Positions 38,162 to 51,790 of a stretch of 64,000 bases of DNA are shown one piece after another. Both the position numbers and the translations under genes were made by a program. Source of the DNA: Centroscyllium fabricii (taxonomy: Eukaryota). Each line of letters starts with the position of its first letter. Within the stretch, counting starts at the first letter, position 1. The notes beneath the pieces were generated by a model. That model searched no databases and was not told the DNA's origin. It was given only the letters and a program-made list of their open reading frames with translations. The stretch spans positions 174,158,001 to 174,222,000 of the forward strand of contig JBNRSN020000001.1 in assembly GCA_051313645.2 (NCBI GenBank), read 5' to 3'.

Positions 38162-39172
38162 AAATAAAAACAGAAGTTGCTGGAAATACTCAGCAGGGCA
38201 GGCAGCATCTGTAGAGAGAGAAACAATTAATGTTTCAGGTCGGTGACCCTTCGTCAGAACTGGAAAAAGTTGGAGATGGTACAGGTTTTTAAGGCATTGG
38301 AGGGGAGGAAATAACAAAAGGGAGGGTCTGTGATGGGGTGGAAGGCAGGAGAGATTAAAAGACAAAAGGGATGATGGTGCAAGGCAAAAGGAGATGGTAA
38401 TGGGACAAGTTAAGAAACAAAAGATGACTCCAGATGAAATGTAAATGGCAATGGCAGATTGATTATCAGCTGCCATGTGAGAAGACAAATGAGGGGCAGA
38501 GGTCATGGTCTGAAATTGTTGAACTCAATGTTGAGTCCAGAAGGCTGTAACGTGCCAAATCGAAAGATGAGGTGCTGTTCCTTGAGCTTACGTTGAGCTT
38601 CATTGGAACAGTGTAAGAGGCTGAGGACGGAGAGGTCAAAGTGGGAATGGAGTGGAGAATTGAAGTGACAGGTGACCGGACACTCAGTCACCCTTATGGG
38701 CTGAATGGAGATGTTCCGCAAAGCGGTCACCCAATCTGCGTTTGCTCTTCCCAGTGTAGAGGAGATCACACCGTGAGCAGTGAATACAGTGTACTAAATT
38801 GCAAGAAGCACAAGTAAATCGCTGTTTCACCTGGAAAGGGATGTTTGGGGTCTTGGACAGTGGGAAGGGAGGAGGTTAAAGGGCAGGTGTTGCATCTCCT
38901 GTGCTTGCACAGGAAGGGGAAGGGTTGTTGGTGATACAGGAGTGGACCAGGGTGTTGCGGAGAGAGCGGCTCCTTCGGATTACTGAAAGGGGAGGTGAGG
39001 GGAAGATGTGTTTGGTGGTGGGATCACGCTGGAAATGGCAGAGGATGCTACGTTGAATGTGGAGGCTGGTGGGGTGAAAGGTGAGGATAAGGGGAACCCT
39101 ATCGTGGTTCCGGGAGGGAGGGGAAGGGGTGAGAGCAGAAGTGCAGGAAATAGAATGGACATGGTCAAAGGC
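38162..39172 (-). mobile_element. Penelope-like element 3' part with GIY-YIG endonuclease remnant and hammerhead motif
   Basis: Minus-strand DRVPLILTFHP, LVHCIHCSRCDLLYTGKSKRRLGDRFAEH (GIY-YIG-like), PVTCHFNS..H, GTLQPSGLN; AGTT-CTGACGA-A-GGGTC-ACC-GACCT-GAAACAT-T-AATT at 38225-38261. Confidence 0.88.
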
Positions 39173-39414
39173 CGTTACAGTATTCATGGGAGAACTTATT
39201 GCAGCACAGAATTGCCTCCTTGTTCCACTAACAGCAACTGAGCAAAAGAGGAATTTTCATGACCACTTGGTTGGAACCTTTTCACAATAGTAACCACTGA
39301 GTGAAACCACTACCCTAGAAAAAATTGTACCTAATCTTAATTAGCTACAATTTGAAATATCATTCTCATCAATAAAAAATGGATATTTGTTCTTTCCACA
39401 ATTCTTCTCTTCCC

Positions 39415-39980
39415 AATAAGAACATAAGAAATAGGAGCAAGAGTAGGCCATTTGATTCCTTTGAGCCTGTTCCGCCATTCAGTAAGATCATGGCTGATCT
39501 TCTACCTCATCTCCGCTATCCCCATATCCCTTGATTCCCTTAATATTCAAAAATCTATCGATCCCCTGGTTCTAGACTCCCCAGCCAGGGGAAACATCCT
39601 CCCTGCATCTACCCTGTCAAGCCCTGTAAGAATGTTGTATGTTTCAATGAGATCACCTCTCATTCTTCTATACTCTAGAGAATATAGGCCTAATCTACTC
39701 GATCTCTCCTCGTAGGACAATCCCCCCATCCCAGGAACCAGTCTGGTGAACCTTCATGGCAAGTATATCCTTCCTTAGGTAAGGAGGCCAAAAGTGTACA
39801 CCATAATCCAGGTGTGGTCTCGCCAGGGCCCTATATAGTTGCAGTAAGACGTCTTTATTCAAATCCTCTTTTAATAAAGGCCAACATACCATTTGCTTTC
39901 CTAATTGCTTGCTGTACCTACATGTTAACTTTCAGTGATTCTTCTGCAAGGATACGCAGGTCCCTCTGAACACCAGCATT
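39415..39980 (-). mobile_element. CR1 LINE 3' fragment
   Basis: ORFs LLQLYRALARPHLDYGVHFW.PYLRKD and YEERSSRLGLYSLEYRRMRGDLIETY; CR1 tail. Confidence 0.9.
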
Positions 39981-41110
39981 TATTGCCCAACCCTAGTTGT
40001 CCTTCAGAAGGTGGTGGTGAGTTGCCTTCTTGAACCGCCACAGTCTATGTGGTGAAGGTATTCCCACAGTGCTGTTGGGTAGGGAATTCCAGGACTTTGA
40101 CCCAGCGATGATGAAGGACGACAATATATTTTCAAGTCAGCATGGTGTGTGACTTCGAGAGGAACTTGGAGGTGGTGGTGTTCCCATGCGCCTACTGCCC
40201 TTGACCACCGAGTTGGTAGAGATGCTGTCGAAGAAGCCTTGGCGGATTGCTGCAGTGCATCTTGTAGATGACGCACACAGCAGCCACATTGCACCAGTGG
40301 TGGCGGGAGTGAATGTTTAAAGTTGTAGATGAGGTGCCAATCAAGTGGACTGCTTTATCTTGGATGGCATTGAGCTTCGACTGTTGTTGGAGCTGCACTC
40401 ATCCAGGCAAGTGGAAAGTATTCCATCACACTCCTAACTTGTGTCTTTTATAGGTGACAGAAAGGCTTTGGGGTGTCAGGAGGTGAGTCACTCATCACAG
40501 AATACCCAACCTCTGACCTGCTCTTGTAGCCACCGTATTTATGTGGCTTATCCAGTTAATTGTCTGGTCAATGGAAACCCCCAGGATGTTGGTGGGGGAT
40601 TAGATGATTGTAATGCCATTGAATGTCAAGTGGATATGGTTAGACACTCTTGTTGGAGATGGTCATTGCCTGGCACTCGTGTGGCATGAGTGTTACTTGT
40701 CATCAGCCCAAGCCTGGATATTGTCCAGGCCTTGCTGCATGTGGGCACGGACTGCTTCATTATCTGAGGAATTGCGAATGGAACTGAACAAGATGCAATC
40801 GTCAGCGAACAGCTGAACTTATGATGGAGGGAAAGTCATTGATGAAGCAGCTGAAGATGGTTGGGCCTAGGACACTGCCCTGAGGAGCTCCTACAGCGAT
40901 GTCCTGGGGCTGAGATGATTGGCCTCCAGCAACCACAACCATCTTCCTTTGTGCTAGGTATGACTCCAGCCAGTGGAGAGTTTTTACCCCGATTCCCATT
41001 GACTTCACTTTTGCTGGGGCTCCTTGGTGCCACATTCTGTCAAATGCTACCTTGATGTCACTCTCCGCTCACCTCACGTCTGGAATTCAGCTCTTTTGTC
41101 CATGTTTGAT
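39980..41110 (-). mobile_element. Second CR1-clade LINE family, 3' fragment
   Basis: TLHWLESYLAQRKMVVV..GAPQGSVLGPTIFSCFIND; KLNAIQDKAVHLIG; its 3' terminus type also appears at 47425-47630 (+). Confidence 0.85.
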
Positions 41111-41210
41111 GGATAATATTAATACATAATACATATTCACAGTGGATATTCTAACTTCACAGTGGATATTCTAACCAACTCAAAGAAAAACAGTAAACAT
41201 AATGTCTGTA

Positions 41211-41641
41211 CATGTTGAACACCGTTATACTGGCACGGGCGGGACTAGACCCGGGCTGGTATAGCGAAAAAACCGGAAGAATGAAGCTGGCTAGTGCGCG
41301 CGCACCATTCAAAATGGCCACGCGCATGCGCAGATCATGCGAAATGGCCGTCGCAAAGTTTTGAATGATCTGCGCATGCGCCGCCGAATGGCGAGCGCAT
41401 GCGCCGATCATGCGAAATGGCCGTCGCAAAGTTCGGCGCATGCACAGATCATTCAAAACTTCCGGTGGCCATTTTGAATGATCTGCACATGCGCTCGCTG
41501 TACGGCGGCGCATGCGCAGATCATTCGCCGCAGCATCGATCGTGGCAGCCATTTTGCGCATGCGCAGGGCAGTCGGGTGATTTATGCTGGACAACTGAAG
41601 TTGTCGGCTTTCCGGTTACCGGATAAACGGTGTTCAACCTG
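41211..41641. mobile_element. Tigger/pogo-type MITE (family T1)
   Basis: TA|CATGTTGAACACCGTTAT ... ATAAACGGTGTTCAACCTG|TA; five exact GCGCATGCGC motifs. Confidence 0.85.
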
Positions 41642-44600
41642 TACTAAGTTATTTTGTAGAAAACTTTCAGTATGCAATATTCTTGTAGTCTTTCAGACAA
41701 AGAACTGCCCTCTTTGAGAGAATCTCAACTCAGTGGTTTGAGCAGTTATCAACTCAAAACAAAAGGAGCTGCTCATCATACACATAACTGAACAAATCAC
41801 GTTCTATATATTTGTTTGATTGTGACTTAGCTGCTCCCCAGAAGCTTTTTGCAGCTTTGGAGACCATGAAGAAGCCATGATAACATTACAACCCATGACC
41901 GGTGACCCATCGGCTACTGAAATACTGGTAGGAGCCTGTCATTAATGTTCAATTTGTGCTGCCCTTGGAAGATTTGCTGAGGTCAGAGTGGGGGGCTCAT
42001 CAGTGTGGCAAAGTCTTGATCTGGCATATGTTCCAGTCGGAAGCCCACCGTAAAGAAAATCAAGTCTTTTGACTGAGTTAAACAGACTGCTATAAAGCTT
42101 CATTTTTGCCCATTTACTTTGTAATAGTTTTAACTGGAGGTCTGTTCAACAAAGCTAGATTCAAATTCTCTAAACCTACAGGTGAAAAGTATAATGCAAT
42201 TTACTGTAATGCTGGTTGGAAGCAATTGAATAAATGTCACAGTACTGTTCTGTTTTTGGGTCTGCACTGGGGGTTTGCACCTCCTTCTGTTGCATGTTCC
42301 TGAGGGTTTGTTTAAAAGTGCACTTTATTCACCATTCCACCGAACCTCATAAGATGAGAACAAACAAATCCAGGATACACTGTCTGCAAAAACCAATATT
42401 TTTCAAAAGCTTTATGTCAGTCAACCTGTTTTGAGTTGACAATTTTTAAGATACCTTATTTAATATCTGCCCATTAATGATGGATGCTTAGTGTAATAAG
42501 TAGTTATTCTGAGATTGAACTTTTTCCTTTGGCTTGAAATGTTGACATCCCCTTGAGAAAGCAGTAATCTCTAATTAGTGAAAACCCCCCATCTTTGGTA
42601 CTTTTGAGCATGCTTCAGAGTGCATAGAACCAGTAGACTAAATTGGGCACATTTGTCAGTTTCAATACCCACAGAATTGGTGCTTCCCATGAGTGAAATT
42701 TAAAAAAAGTTGTATGCTTGTTAAATAACGCTTAACAGGTGCCAGTAACATGTTGCCAAAATTCTGTCAAATGCTATAAAGCTCCAACAGGAGCAGTGCA
42801 CAAACAGAAGGAACCAGATATTTCATCAGCAGTGAATAATTTCCACAGTCTTTGACTTGTGGGAAATTCTCATCATAATTAGCAGGCTTGGAGTCTTTGT
42901 ACGGTGAGATTCCGAGTCTCCCTGTAGCAAGTCCGGCTCTATTTAGTAAAGCAAGTTTTACTTTACAACAGTAGATAGGAGCATTTTGCAGATTGCAACA
43001 ATGTATGGTATGCCACATATCCTCAAATAAAGTGTCAAATGAAAAAGCTGGTTGTTAAGCCTTGGTGAGTGTTAGCAGCAGTGTCATACTGAATAGGAAT
43101 AAAAAATCAGTAACCACTGAGGGATGATTTTTCACAACTTTCTTTAGTTTTAATCTTGATAACGGAAGCATTTCTATTTATTTATGTGGAGATAGTAAAA
43201 TGGCTCAGCTCCATGTCAACAATAGCCAAAGCGATAGAAAAGTCTAGCAGCATCACACTTGATTAGTTAGCAAGTAAGAAAGTTTGCTGTGGTACCCCTG
43301 TCCTGATAACAAAAATGTACTGTGCTGTGACATTGAGTGTATGCAGCTGAGCTATTTAGATCTCTCTACAGAACACTGTTTCAGTACAGAATGAAGAGTA
43401 TTGGAAGAAATGTTGTACTTGAATATTTTATGCAAAATTGTGTAAGGAATTGTTCTAATCCAGATACAGGAGCACCTCTGAAGGACTCAATGAAAAGCTG
43501 TCATTCTTTAGAATTCTTTTGCAAGCAATGAATAGCTGAAAATGTAGATAAACTAACAACAATGTATAAACATTCATGTGTCCAGTTTCAACAATCCTCT
43601 CGCAATGCAGCACAAGTACACTTGGAAGCTGTTTATCCAGACACCATTTATCCATATTGAGCAGCTAACTGAACTGACTTGATATTAGAGTATGCATTGT
43701 GCATATAATCATTTCATTCTAATGAGTTTCCGTGCTCAATTAATATTCTTTAATGGAGTACAATGTTAGAATGCAGTCAGATAGCTTAATTATTCACCTA
43801 TCTGAGTAAAGTGTTTCCTGAACTGTTTCTATATCTGAAATACACCCATTGTGTTTTGCTTTGGTTTGTTTATGAGCGCTTACTTTGAGTGTGTCTGTTT
43901 TGTACTAAGTTAAATTAGGCACTAATTTGATTAATTTCGATTGTTCACTTTTATTTTTGGTTGGGGGTTTGAGCTAAATAGGAATGCTTTTGAACAAAAC
44001 ATCAACTTTGTTCTTCTATCAAGACCTTCAAAGCAATAATTGGCAGTCATATAAACAATACACTAAGACATTTTGTTATAGGAAATAGGACTTTTAAGCC
44101 CTCCAACCCCAACCGTTTACACCCCCTTGTGCTGTTTTTCTATGTTCTTGAAGGGAGTATCCTAGTTAGTGCTGTATAAAATTATGACGACACAGTTAGG
44201 TCAAAAGTTCAATCCTATTTAACAGAATATTATATTTCCTAATATGAAAAACAAAAACTGCTTTATTCTGAGGGACAAGCTTATATATTGAACCAAAGCA
44301 TTGTTAATATCATGGTTATGATGACCTTTTGACCTGGTCAAGGCTTGTTTGGCTTCTACAGAGATACAACAGTTGAAGCTTTGGTTTGATGAAGTGTCTG
44401 GAGAGTGCTGCTGTATTTTATTACTCCCAGAACTGTCTTCTCAAATATACAGCCATTGCAAAACATGCACTTGAGATGGGAAAGAAATTAAGATTTACTT
44501 AGTTATATCATTACCTGTATTATGTATATATATTTTATCTCAAATGTGTAAATTCCTGATACAACAAAAGTAGATTTTTGGATTCTAATCCATTATAGTA

Positions 44601-44800
44601 GCTTAATTGATTAATTGTATACAGAACTTGCATTATTATTTTGAAGTTGAGGGTAGTCATTTTTATTTAAGTTTAATGCATTTGTTTGTTTCGTGGAGGC
44701 TGCTTTTGCAGTGAAGGCTGCACCTTCTCCAGCACATGATTTTGGGTTTCGCCAGTCTTATTCCATGGCTACAAAGATTGTGTGTGGCTCTTGGAAACAT

Positions 44801-45385
44801 GGGCCCGGATTTTGTGATGGGTGTGGCTGCATACTCTGAGTATGCCGCCACACCTCCCTTGAAATCCACCGCAAGTTCTGGATTTTGCACATGTGGAACT
44901 TATGGTCTGTCAACGTACGCAGGGCCTGTTTACATCAGCGTAAGGGGATACCTCCGGCATGTTTTAAGCATTTTCGTCTCGGAAATCATGCACATACACT
45001 GTATCAAATGAGTTTTCAATGTTTCTGCAAATGTGAGTTTTAATTATGAAAATTACCAAAAAATAATTTTTTTAGTGAAGTGGTGGAACGAAGCTAATTA
45101 GGAATTAAATTCCAATTCTGTAAATTGTAATTAAATCTGATTTTAGGATTCCATTAAATCTGATTACGGGATTCCCTTCTATAATGTAAAATCGAATTCT
45201 GTTTTCTGACTGGAGGACCAGGCCCATGTGAACCCAGGTACGCTTTTGCACGGGTTGCGTCCCTGGGATCCGTGGGCCATTATGCTGCCCTCTGCCTCGC
45301 AACGGCAGACTGCATTTTCGCAGGAGGCCCGCCATCAGGTAGGTGCATATTCCTTTCGTTCGCCTCCGACCACAATTTTTGGCCC
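44801..45385. mobile_element. PIF/Harbinger-like MITE
   Basis: GGGCCCGGATTTTGTG ... CACAATTTTTGGCCC; GC-rich arms, AT-rich core. Confidence 0.6.
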
Positions 45386-45789
45386 ATTAACATTAGTGCA
45401 GGAGGTGTCCCTGTTTTCGTTGGGGCAGTGGAGAGAGCACTTTGCCTTGCAATCTTCACTGTGTTTTTGCAACTTATTTTGTATCTTCTCTTGGTAGCTC
45501 CTCCATGGTGTACCTTCCCTGGCTGAGAGCTGCCTGGAAACCTGCTCCAGGCCTCCAACAACACTGCTGTGTAACAAGCTTTTCTATTTTCTCCCTCCCT
45601 CTCTGTTTTTCTTCCATTGCTTTGGGAAGGCCACTGATCGCCACAGTTTAGATTGAGAATTTGCAGCATTGTCATTCCATTGGTCCATGCTATAGTTCGA
45701 GCGCTGTGTGACCTGGAAGTCTTCTATTTTGGTAATCTTAAGCTTTTAAAAAAAATGTTCAGTTATCTACCGTTGTCATTCTCCTCATG

Positions 45790-47040
45790 TGGCAAACAGT
45801 GATGATGATACCAATCGACTGCAACAGGACATAGAAACAAACGCTAGCAGAATGGGCGTACAAGTGGCAGATGGAATTTAATACGGAGAAATGTGAGGTG
45901 ATGCATTTTGGCAGAAGGAACAGATAGAGGCAATATACACTTAATGGCACAGTTTTAAAGAGTGCACAGGGACAGAGGGACCTGGGAGTTAATGTGCATA
46001 GGTCCCTGAAGGTGGCAGGACATAATGAGAGAGTGTTTAGCAAACCATATGGGATTTTGGGCTTCATGCACAGAAGATAGGAGGAGGAGTAGGCCATTCG
46101 GCCCTTCGAGTCTGCTCCACCATTTTTGATGAGATCATGGCTGATCATCCAAACCCAGCACCCCCCTCCTACCCTCTCCCCATATCGCCCGACACCCCCA
46201 ACTCTAAGAACTATATCACACACACATACTCATGGGAAATTTTTAGTATCTCCAATTCACCTAACCTGCATGTCTTTGGGTGGTCGAGGAAGCCGGAGTA
46301 CCCGGAGGAAACCCACACGAACACGGGGAGAACATGCAAACTCCACGCAGAGGTCCCGGGCCAAGCAGGATTCGAACCCAGGAGCTCCTTATTGCGAGGC
46401 AGCAGTGCTAACCACTGCGCCACCATGTCGTCATAAATAGAGGTATTGAGAACAGCAGTAGAGAAGTTATGCTGAACCTTTATAAAGCGCTGGTTAGGCC
46501 ACGACTGGAATATTGCGTCCAGTTCTGGTCTCCACACTTGAGGAAGAATGTGAAGACCCTTGAGAGGGTGCAGAGGAGATTTACCGGAATGGTTCCCCAG
46601 GGTTGGGAGATCTTTGCTACAAGGACAAGTTGGAGAAACTGGATTTGTTTTCATTAGAGTAAAGGAGGTTGAGAGGTGATTTGATAGAGGTGTACAAGAT
46701 TATGATTGGTTTCAATAGGCTAGACCGAGAGAGGCTGTTTCCACTAGTTGATGGTACAAGGACTAGGGGACACCGATTTAAGGTTTTGGGCAAGCGATAC
46801 AGGGGGGATGTGAGGAAAAACTTTTATATGCAGCGAGTGGTGAGGACCTGGAACTCGCTGCCGACGGAAGTGGAAATGATCAATGTTTTCAAAGTGAAAC
46901 TGGATATGCACGTGAGGGAAATAAACTTGTAGGGCTTCGGGGATAGAGCGGGGGAATGGGACTGACTGGATTGCTCTACAGAGAGCTGGAGCAGACATGA
47001 TGGGCCGAATGGCCTCCTGTGCCATTATGAATCGATGACT
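45790..47040 (+). mobile_element. CR1 LINE 3' part with an HE1 SINE inserted (46070-46430, minus)
   Basis: MLNLYKALVRPRLEYCVQFWSP; RGDLIEVYKIM...QRVVRTWNSLP; tail gggccgaatggcctcctgtgcc. Confidence 0.9.
46070..46430 (-). mobile_element. HE1/V-SINE
   Basis: Same head as 18660-18878 plus a CR1-derived tail. Confidence 0.88.
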
Positions 47041-48605
47041 CTCAAATTTTGTTGTTTCAAAATAATAGTATATTTAAGATTGCATTTCAGATGACGAGTT
47101 AAAATTTGTGCTTTTTTTTAGTAGAGTTTTGGATTTTGAACTGCATACTTGTTTTACAAATGACATTGACCTTCGGTTTGGATTATTGGTGATGCAGAGT
47201 GGAGTTCAGCACCAAAGGCTAATATCAGTCCATGCTTTATGATCTGTCTTTGCTACCAAAACGTAAAGGCTTGAGGATGCTCTTAGTGATTCAAATAGAT
47301 GTGATGTCCAGAGGATTTTTCAGAAGGTGTTTGAGCAAGTTCTTGAAGATTAAGATGTATTGAATAGCAAGTGGGACTCAAAATTGACTTGACAATAGAA
47401 AATAAGGCAATCAATAGATTAAACTCAGCTGGTTCACTAATGTCCCTTAGGGAAGGCAACCTGCCATCCTTTCCTGGTCTGGCCGATGTTGGACTCCAGT
47501 CCCACACTAATGTGATTGACTGTTACTTGCTCTCTGCAGTGACCTTGGAAGCCACTCCATCTGGTAACTAGAGGTGGGCTTTATTTGCCGGTCTTGCCAG
47601 CAATGCCCAAATCCTGAGAATGAATAATAAAATAAATATAAGACTGTTTCTAGAAATGTAGTGCAGTATGTTTGAGTGGCAATGTGTAATCCTATGAAGT
47701 GGATGAATTCTGACATTCTAAGCACTGCTATCCAGAAAAACCTAATTAGCAAAACCATCCTTTTTTTCCCCCTTTTTCCTGAAAGTTTACATCAAGGCTG
47801 TAACTTCATAATACAATATATCTTCATTGTAATTAGTGCTTCTAGTTCCAGACTTGGTTTCTAATACACTGAGTTGGGAAAAATGGGGAAGGGGGGTCAG
47901 GAGGAAGCAAAAGCATAGTTAAAGATCAGGATGATTTTGAATGCAGAGACAAAGGTCCTGAATGGGACTGTTCGAGGGCAGGTAAAGGTGGCTGAAGGAC
48001 CAAGTTGTAGAAAGTAGCTGAGAAAATGACATTTGTTGTTGGAGGCACAATTGAGGGAGAACATAATCCAAATGTTTTAATTAATTAAAGTCACAGATGA
48101 TGAATGCAGGTTATTGAATGAACTGACCATAAGATTGGAGGACACGAGCATAAAATATATAAGCCAGAGAAAGTAAATGTCCATCGGAAACAAAATTCTA
48201 ACATATTACCGATACGCTAAGTAGACACTCCAAAATTATTAGGCATTTTCTTTTAAAAGTGCTGGGTGTATATCTGATTAAGAAACTGGATGATACAGGG
48301 ATAAATTCCGGTGATCAAATACAGGCAACTGGAGTGCTGTTAAGACCAAAAGAATGCAAACTGGTCAGGATTGAATACTATATTAGATTGATATCCTGAA
48401 AAAATGTTTTGTTGTATTGCTTTCAGAGGTCAGTAAAAATGTTGGGATTCCCCTCTTGTTAAGTTTTTTCTGTGGTCACTTGCCTCTCAAAGTTCCATAT
48501 GTATAGAACATTCATGACCATATATTGAACATGTGGAGTTGATGGGCTTGACTGCCCTTTTGCCATTCTTTTCTTCAGCAAATGGTGCTGCCACTTTATA
48601 ATATA

Positions 48606-49269
48606 GGGCCAGAATTTCCTGGCAAAATAACGAGATAAAGGTGTACGCCATTTGTGTGTAAAAGACATTTTAGCTATTTGTGGTGAGTAAGAGATACGCC
48701 ATGAGTTGCAAATCGTCACAAATTGTTGGACGTTAGCCGTTAGGCTTGCAAAAACAGGATCTCACTGTCAATCTCGCCATGAGTTTCAAGAAATTGCTGG
48801 ATTTGCACCATAAGGACAAATTAAACTCGCTAACATTGTAAGGACCCTTTACATTGAGATTTATGTTCCTGCAATGCTACTCAACCTCGGAGGCTCAAGA
48901 AAGGAACAGTTGAAACCGTGGAGTCTCACTCCAGCAGGTAGTAAATTGTTACTAGATTTGTTAAATTTTACATTTTTTCTTTTTCTTCCTTTCCTCTCAA
49001 ATTGATCTTTCTTTTCCTCTTTTTATTTCTCTTTCTGTACCTAATTCAACGCTAATTCACCCTATTTCCTTCTTCGTTGTTGCTCTGTTTCTTTCTTAAA
49101 TCTCATTGATTAAGGAGCTAGATTGCTGGACCCATCATTCACCCAAGGTCCCAGATGCCCTGTTGACCTCGCACTTCTAACAATTTGTGGTGCAAAATTG
49201 ATTGGCGCTGAAGGGTGAGGAAAAAATCTAACTCACTGCAAGATGCCCCACTCCAGCAAATTCTGGGCC
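48606..49269. mobile_element. PIF/Harbinger-like MITE
   Basis: TIRs GGGCCAGAATTTCC / GGCCCAGAATTTGC. Confidence 0.6.
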
Positions 49270-49689
49270 ACTGAGCTCCCACTGGAAAGCTCCTGCCTTC
49301 GCAGCCAGTGCTGTAATATAAACAAGGCAGCTTACAATTTCTGCTTCTGAAAATATAAAAATCACCTCACAAAGTGGTTTTACCCCCTTCTGGAAATAAA
49401 GAACTGACATTGGCATATATAAATGACCACCTCCAGCAGCTGGAGCTGCCAGATGAACCAATTTGTTCTGGCTTAGGATGGGTTTAGGTCTCGACCAGCA
49501 CTGAAGAAGGCCCATGACCTGAGCACAACTTGTGAATGCAACTTCTGGGCAACAGTACGTAGGTAACTTGTGTGTTCACACTTCCAATGTGACTGCTTCC
49601 ACTCTATGTAAACCTTGTTTTATAAACGACGTTGGCATCCTATGAAGGGCCCATCGAGGCACTCGTCCCTGCCACCTTACGAGCAGCAA

Positions 49690-50020
49690 CCCCAACTGTC
49701 CCATCCTACTCTCTGGCTGACCTTCCCACCCTGCGCGCCCACTGGGGGCAAATCTTGCCCATCCAACTCGTATCTCCCCGCCCTCACCCAGCGCTGACCC
49801 TGTGGACGCCAGCAGTGGGGCAGCCAGCACCGACCCCCCCCCATCCGCACCTCCCTCCAGAATGTCCGTTCAATTGCGAACAAAGCCCTTGCCATCCATG
49901 AGCATATTGTGGATGATTGCATCGACATCATGGCCCTGACGGAAACTTGGTTAAGGAGTGATGACACCTTACCCTTAAATGAAGCCTCCCCGCCTGGCTA
50001 TACCTTCCACCACCTGCCCC
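49690..50020 (+). mobile_element. L2-clade LINE fragment (APE endonuclease N-terminus)
   Basis: SLQNVRSIANKALAIHEHIVDDCIDIMALTETWLRSDD..PPGYTFHH at 49852-50020. Confidence 0.8.
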
Positions 50021-50204
50021 AGGTAATTTTTCTAACTGCTCTTTATCACACCTTGGATGAGAGATAATCACAGCAATCAAAGGTGTGAATGGTGTCCAAA
50101 CAGGTAAGTCAGGAAAATAATTCCATCAAAGAACAATGAGGTGGGGTCTGTATGAAAAACAAAAAACAAACAAAAAGCAATAAAAAATGAAATTAAAAAA
50201 ACAT

Positions 50205-50475
50205 TTTTTGCTGGAAATCACAGCAGGTCCAGCCACATCTGTGTAGAGAGAACAAGCCAACGATGACTCGAGTCTGGATCACTCTACGCCAGGTGGGGTT
50301 ACATGTAGCGTGACATGAACCCAAGATCCGGGTTGAGGCCGTCCTCATGAGTGCGGAACTTGGCTGTCAGTTTCTGCTCGATGATTTTGCGTTGTCATAT
50401 CTCTCGAAGGCCGCATTGGAGAATGCTTACCCGAAGATTGGATGCTGAATGTCCTTGACTGCTGAAGTGTTTCCA
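50205..50475 (-). mobile_element. Penelope-like element C-terminal fragment (third family)
   Basis: KHFSSQGHSASNLRVSIL..QRKIIEQKLTAKFRTHEDGLNPDLGFMSRY; terminus resembles family B. Confidence 0.75.
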
Positions 50476-50489
50476 CCTTTTTTTAAATA

Positions 50490-51790
50490 GTGGGGTTACA
50501 TTAGCTGCCATCCAATCCATGGGAACTATTCCAGAGTATAGAATTTTGGAAGTTTAAAGCCCTAGTTATTCGATTCACCAGGACTCCAGCCCCAGCATGG
50601 TTCAAGTGAAGCCTGTCCAAACGGAACAGCTCCCTATTATCCCAGTACTGGTGCCAGTGCCCCACAAATCGAAATCCATTTCTCCCACACCAGTCTTTGA
50701 GCCACTTGTTCATTTCTCTGATCTTATTTACCCTATGCAAATTCACTCGTGGCTCAGGTAGTAATCTAGAGATTTGTGTTTCTGCTTTTTAATTTAGCCC
50801 CGAGCTGTTCATACTCCCTCAGCAGAACCTCTTTTTGTCCTACCTATGTCATTGGTACCTATGTGGACCATGACAACTGGATCCTCCCCCCTCCCACTGC
50901 AAGTTTCTCTCCAGCCCAGAGGAGATGTCCTTAACCCTGGCACCGGGCAGGCAACACAACCTTCAGCGCACTCTCTGTCGGCTGCAGAGAACAGTATCTA
51001 TCCCACTAACTAACTATACTGTCCCCATCACTACAACATTTCTTTTCACTCCCTCCCCCCCCCCCCCCCCACCCCACCTGAATGGCTCCCTGTACCATGG
51101 TGCTGTGGTCAGATTGTTCATCCTCCCTGCAGTCCCTGCCCGAGTCCACACAAGGAGCAAGAATCTCGTACTTATTAGACAAGGGCTGAGGCTCCTCCAT
51201 CACTGCCTCCTGGATCCCAATTCCTGCCTCGCTTGTCACACCACCCTGTCCCTGACCATGGGCCAAATTGGAAATCATTACTCTAGTGGGTGTGACTGCC
51301 TCTTGGAACTTCGTGTCCAGGTAACGCTCCCACTCCCTAATGTGTCGCAGAGTCCGAAGCTTGGATTCCAACTCATCAACTCCGAGCCGAGGTTCCTCGA
51401 GCAACTAACATTTGCTGCAGATGTGGTTGCCGTGGACCTCAATGGTGTCCACCAGCTCCCACATGCAACAACAACACATTGCCTGGTCTCCAATCTTAAT
51501 TCATTTAATTAGTTAGTTTTAAAAATTTGGAACACTTATATCTTTTGATCTACATTAAGGCACGTAAATGTAGACGCCCAAGTTAGGGGAACAAAGCGAG
51601 AAATAGAGAAATACTCACCAACCAATCAATTATCTGCTTTCTGGTGACATCACACTTCGATTACTTTTTACTTATTACACTCACTGCCTGGTTTCCCGCT
51701 GTTTAAATACCGCCTCCAATTAGGTCGGCGCTGCCTGGTCTCCCGCTGTTTTAAGTCCCACCGCCGCTGATACCGACTCCAATTTAGCAC
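50490..51790 (-). mobile_element. CR1 5' region with ORF1 (zinc finger/leucine zipper + SGNH esterase), ORF2 largely deleted
   Basis: CSMWE..HICSKC..VDELESKLRTLRHI; GDSIV; CLPGARVKD; VHIGTNDIG; NKWLKDWCGRNGFRFVGHW..DRLHLN. Confidence 0.85.

Noticed and set aside
41830-42060. Possible conserved non-coding element (also 11200-11400)
   Set aside because: Looks unique and non-repetitive, but conservation cannot be judged without alignments.
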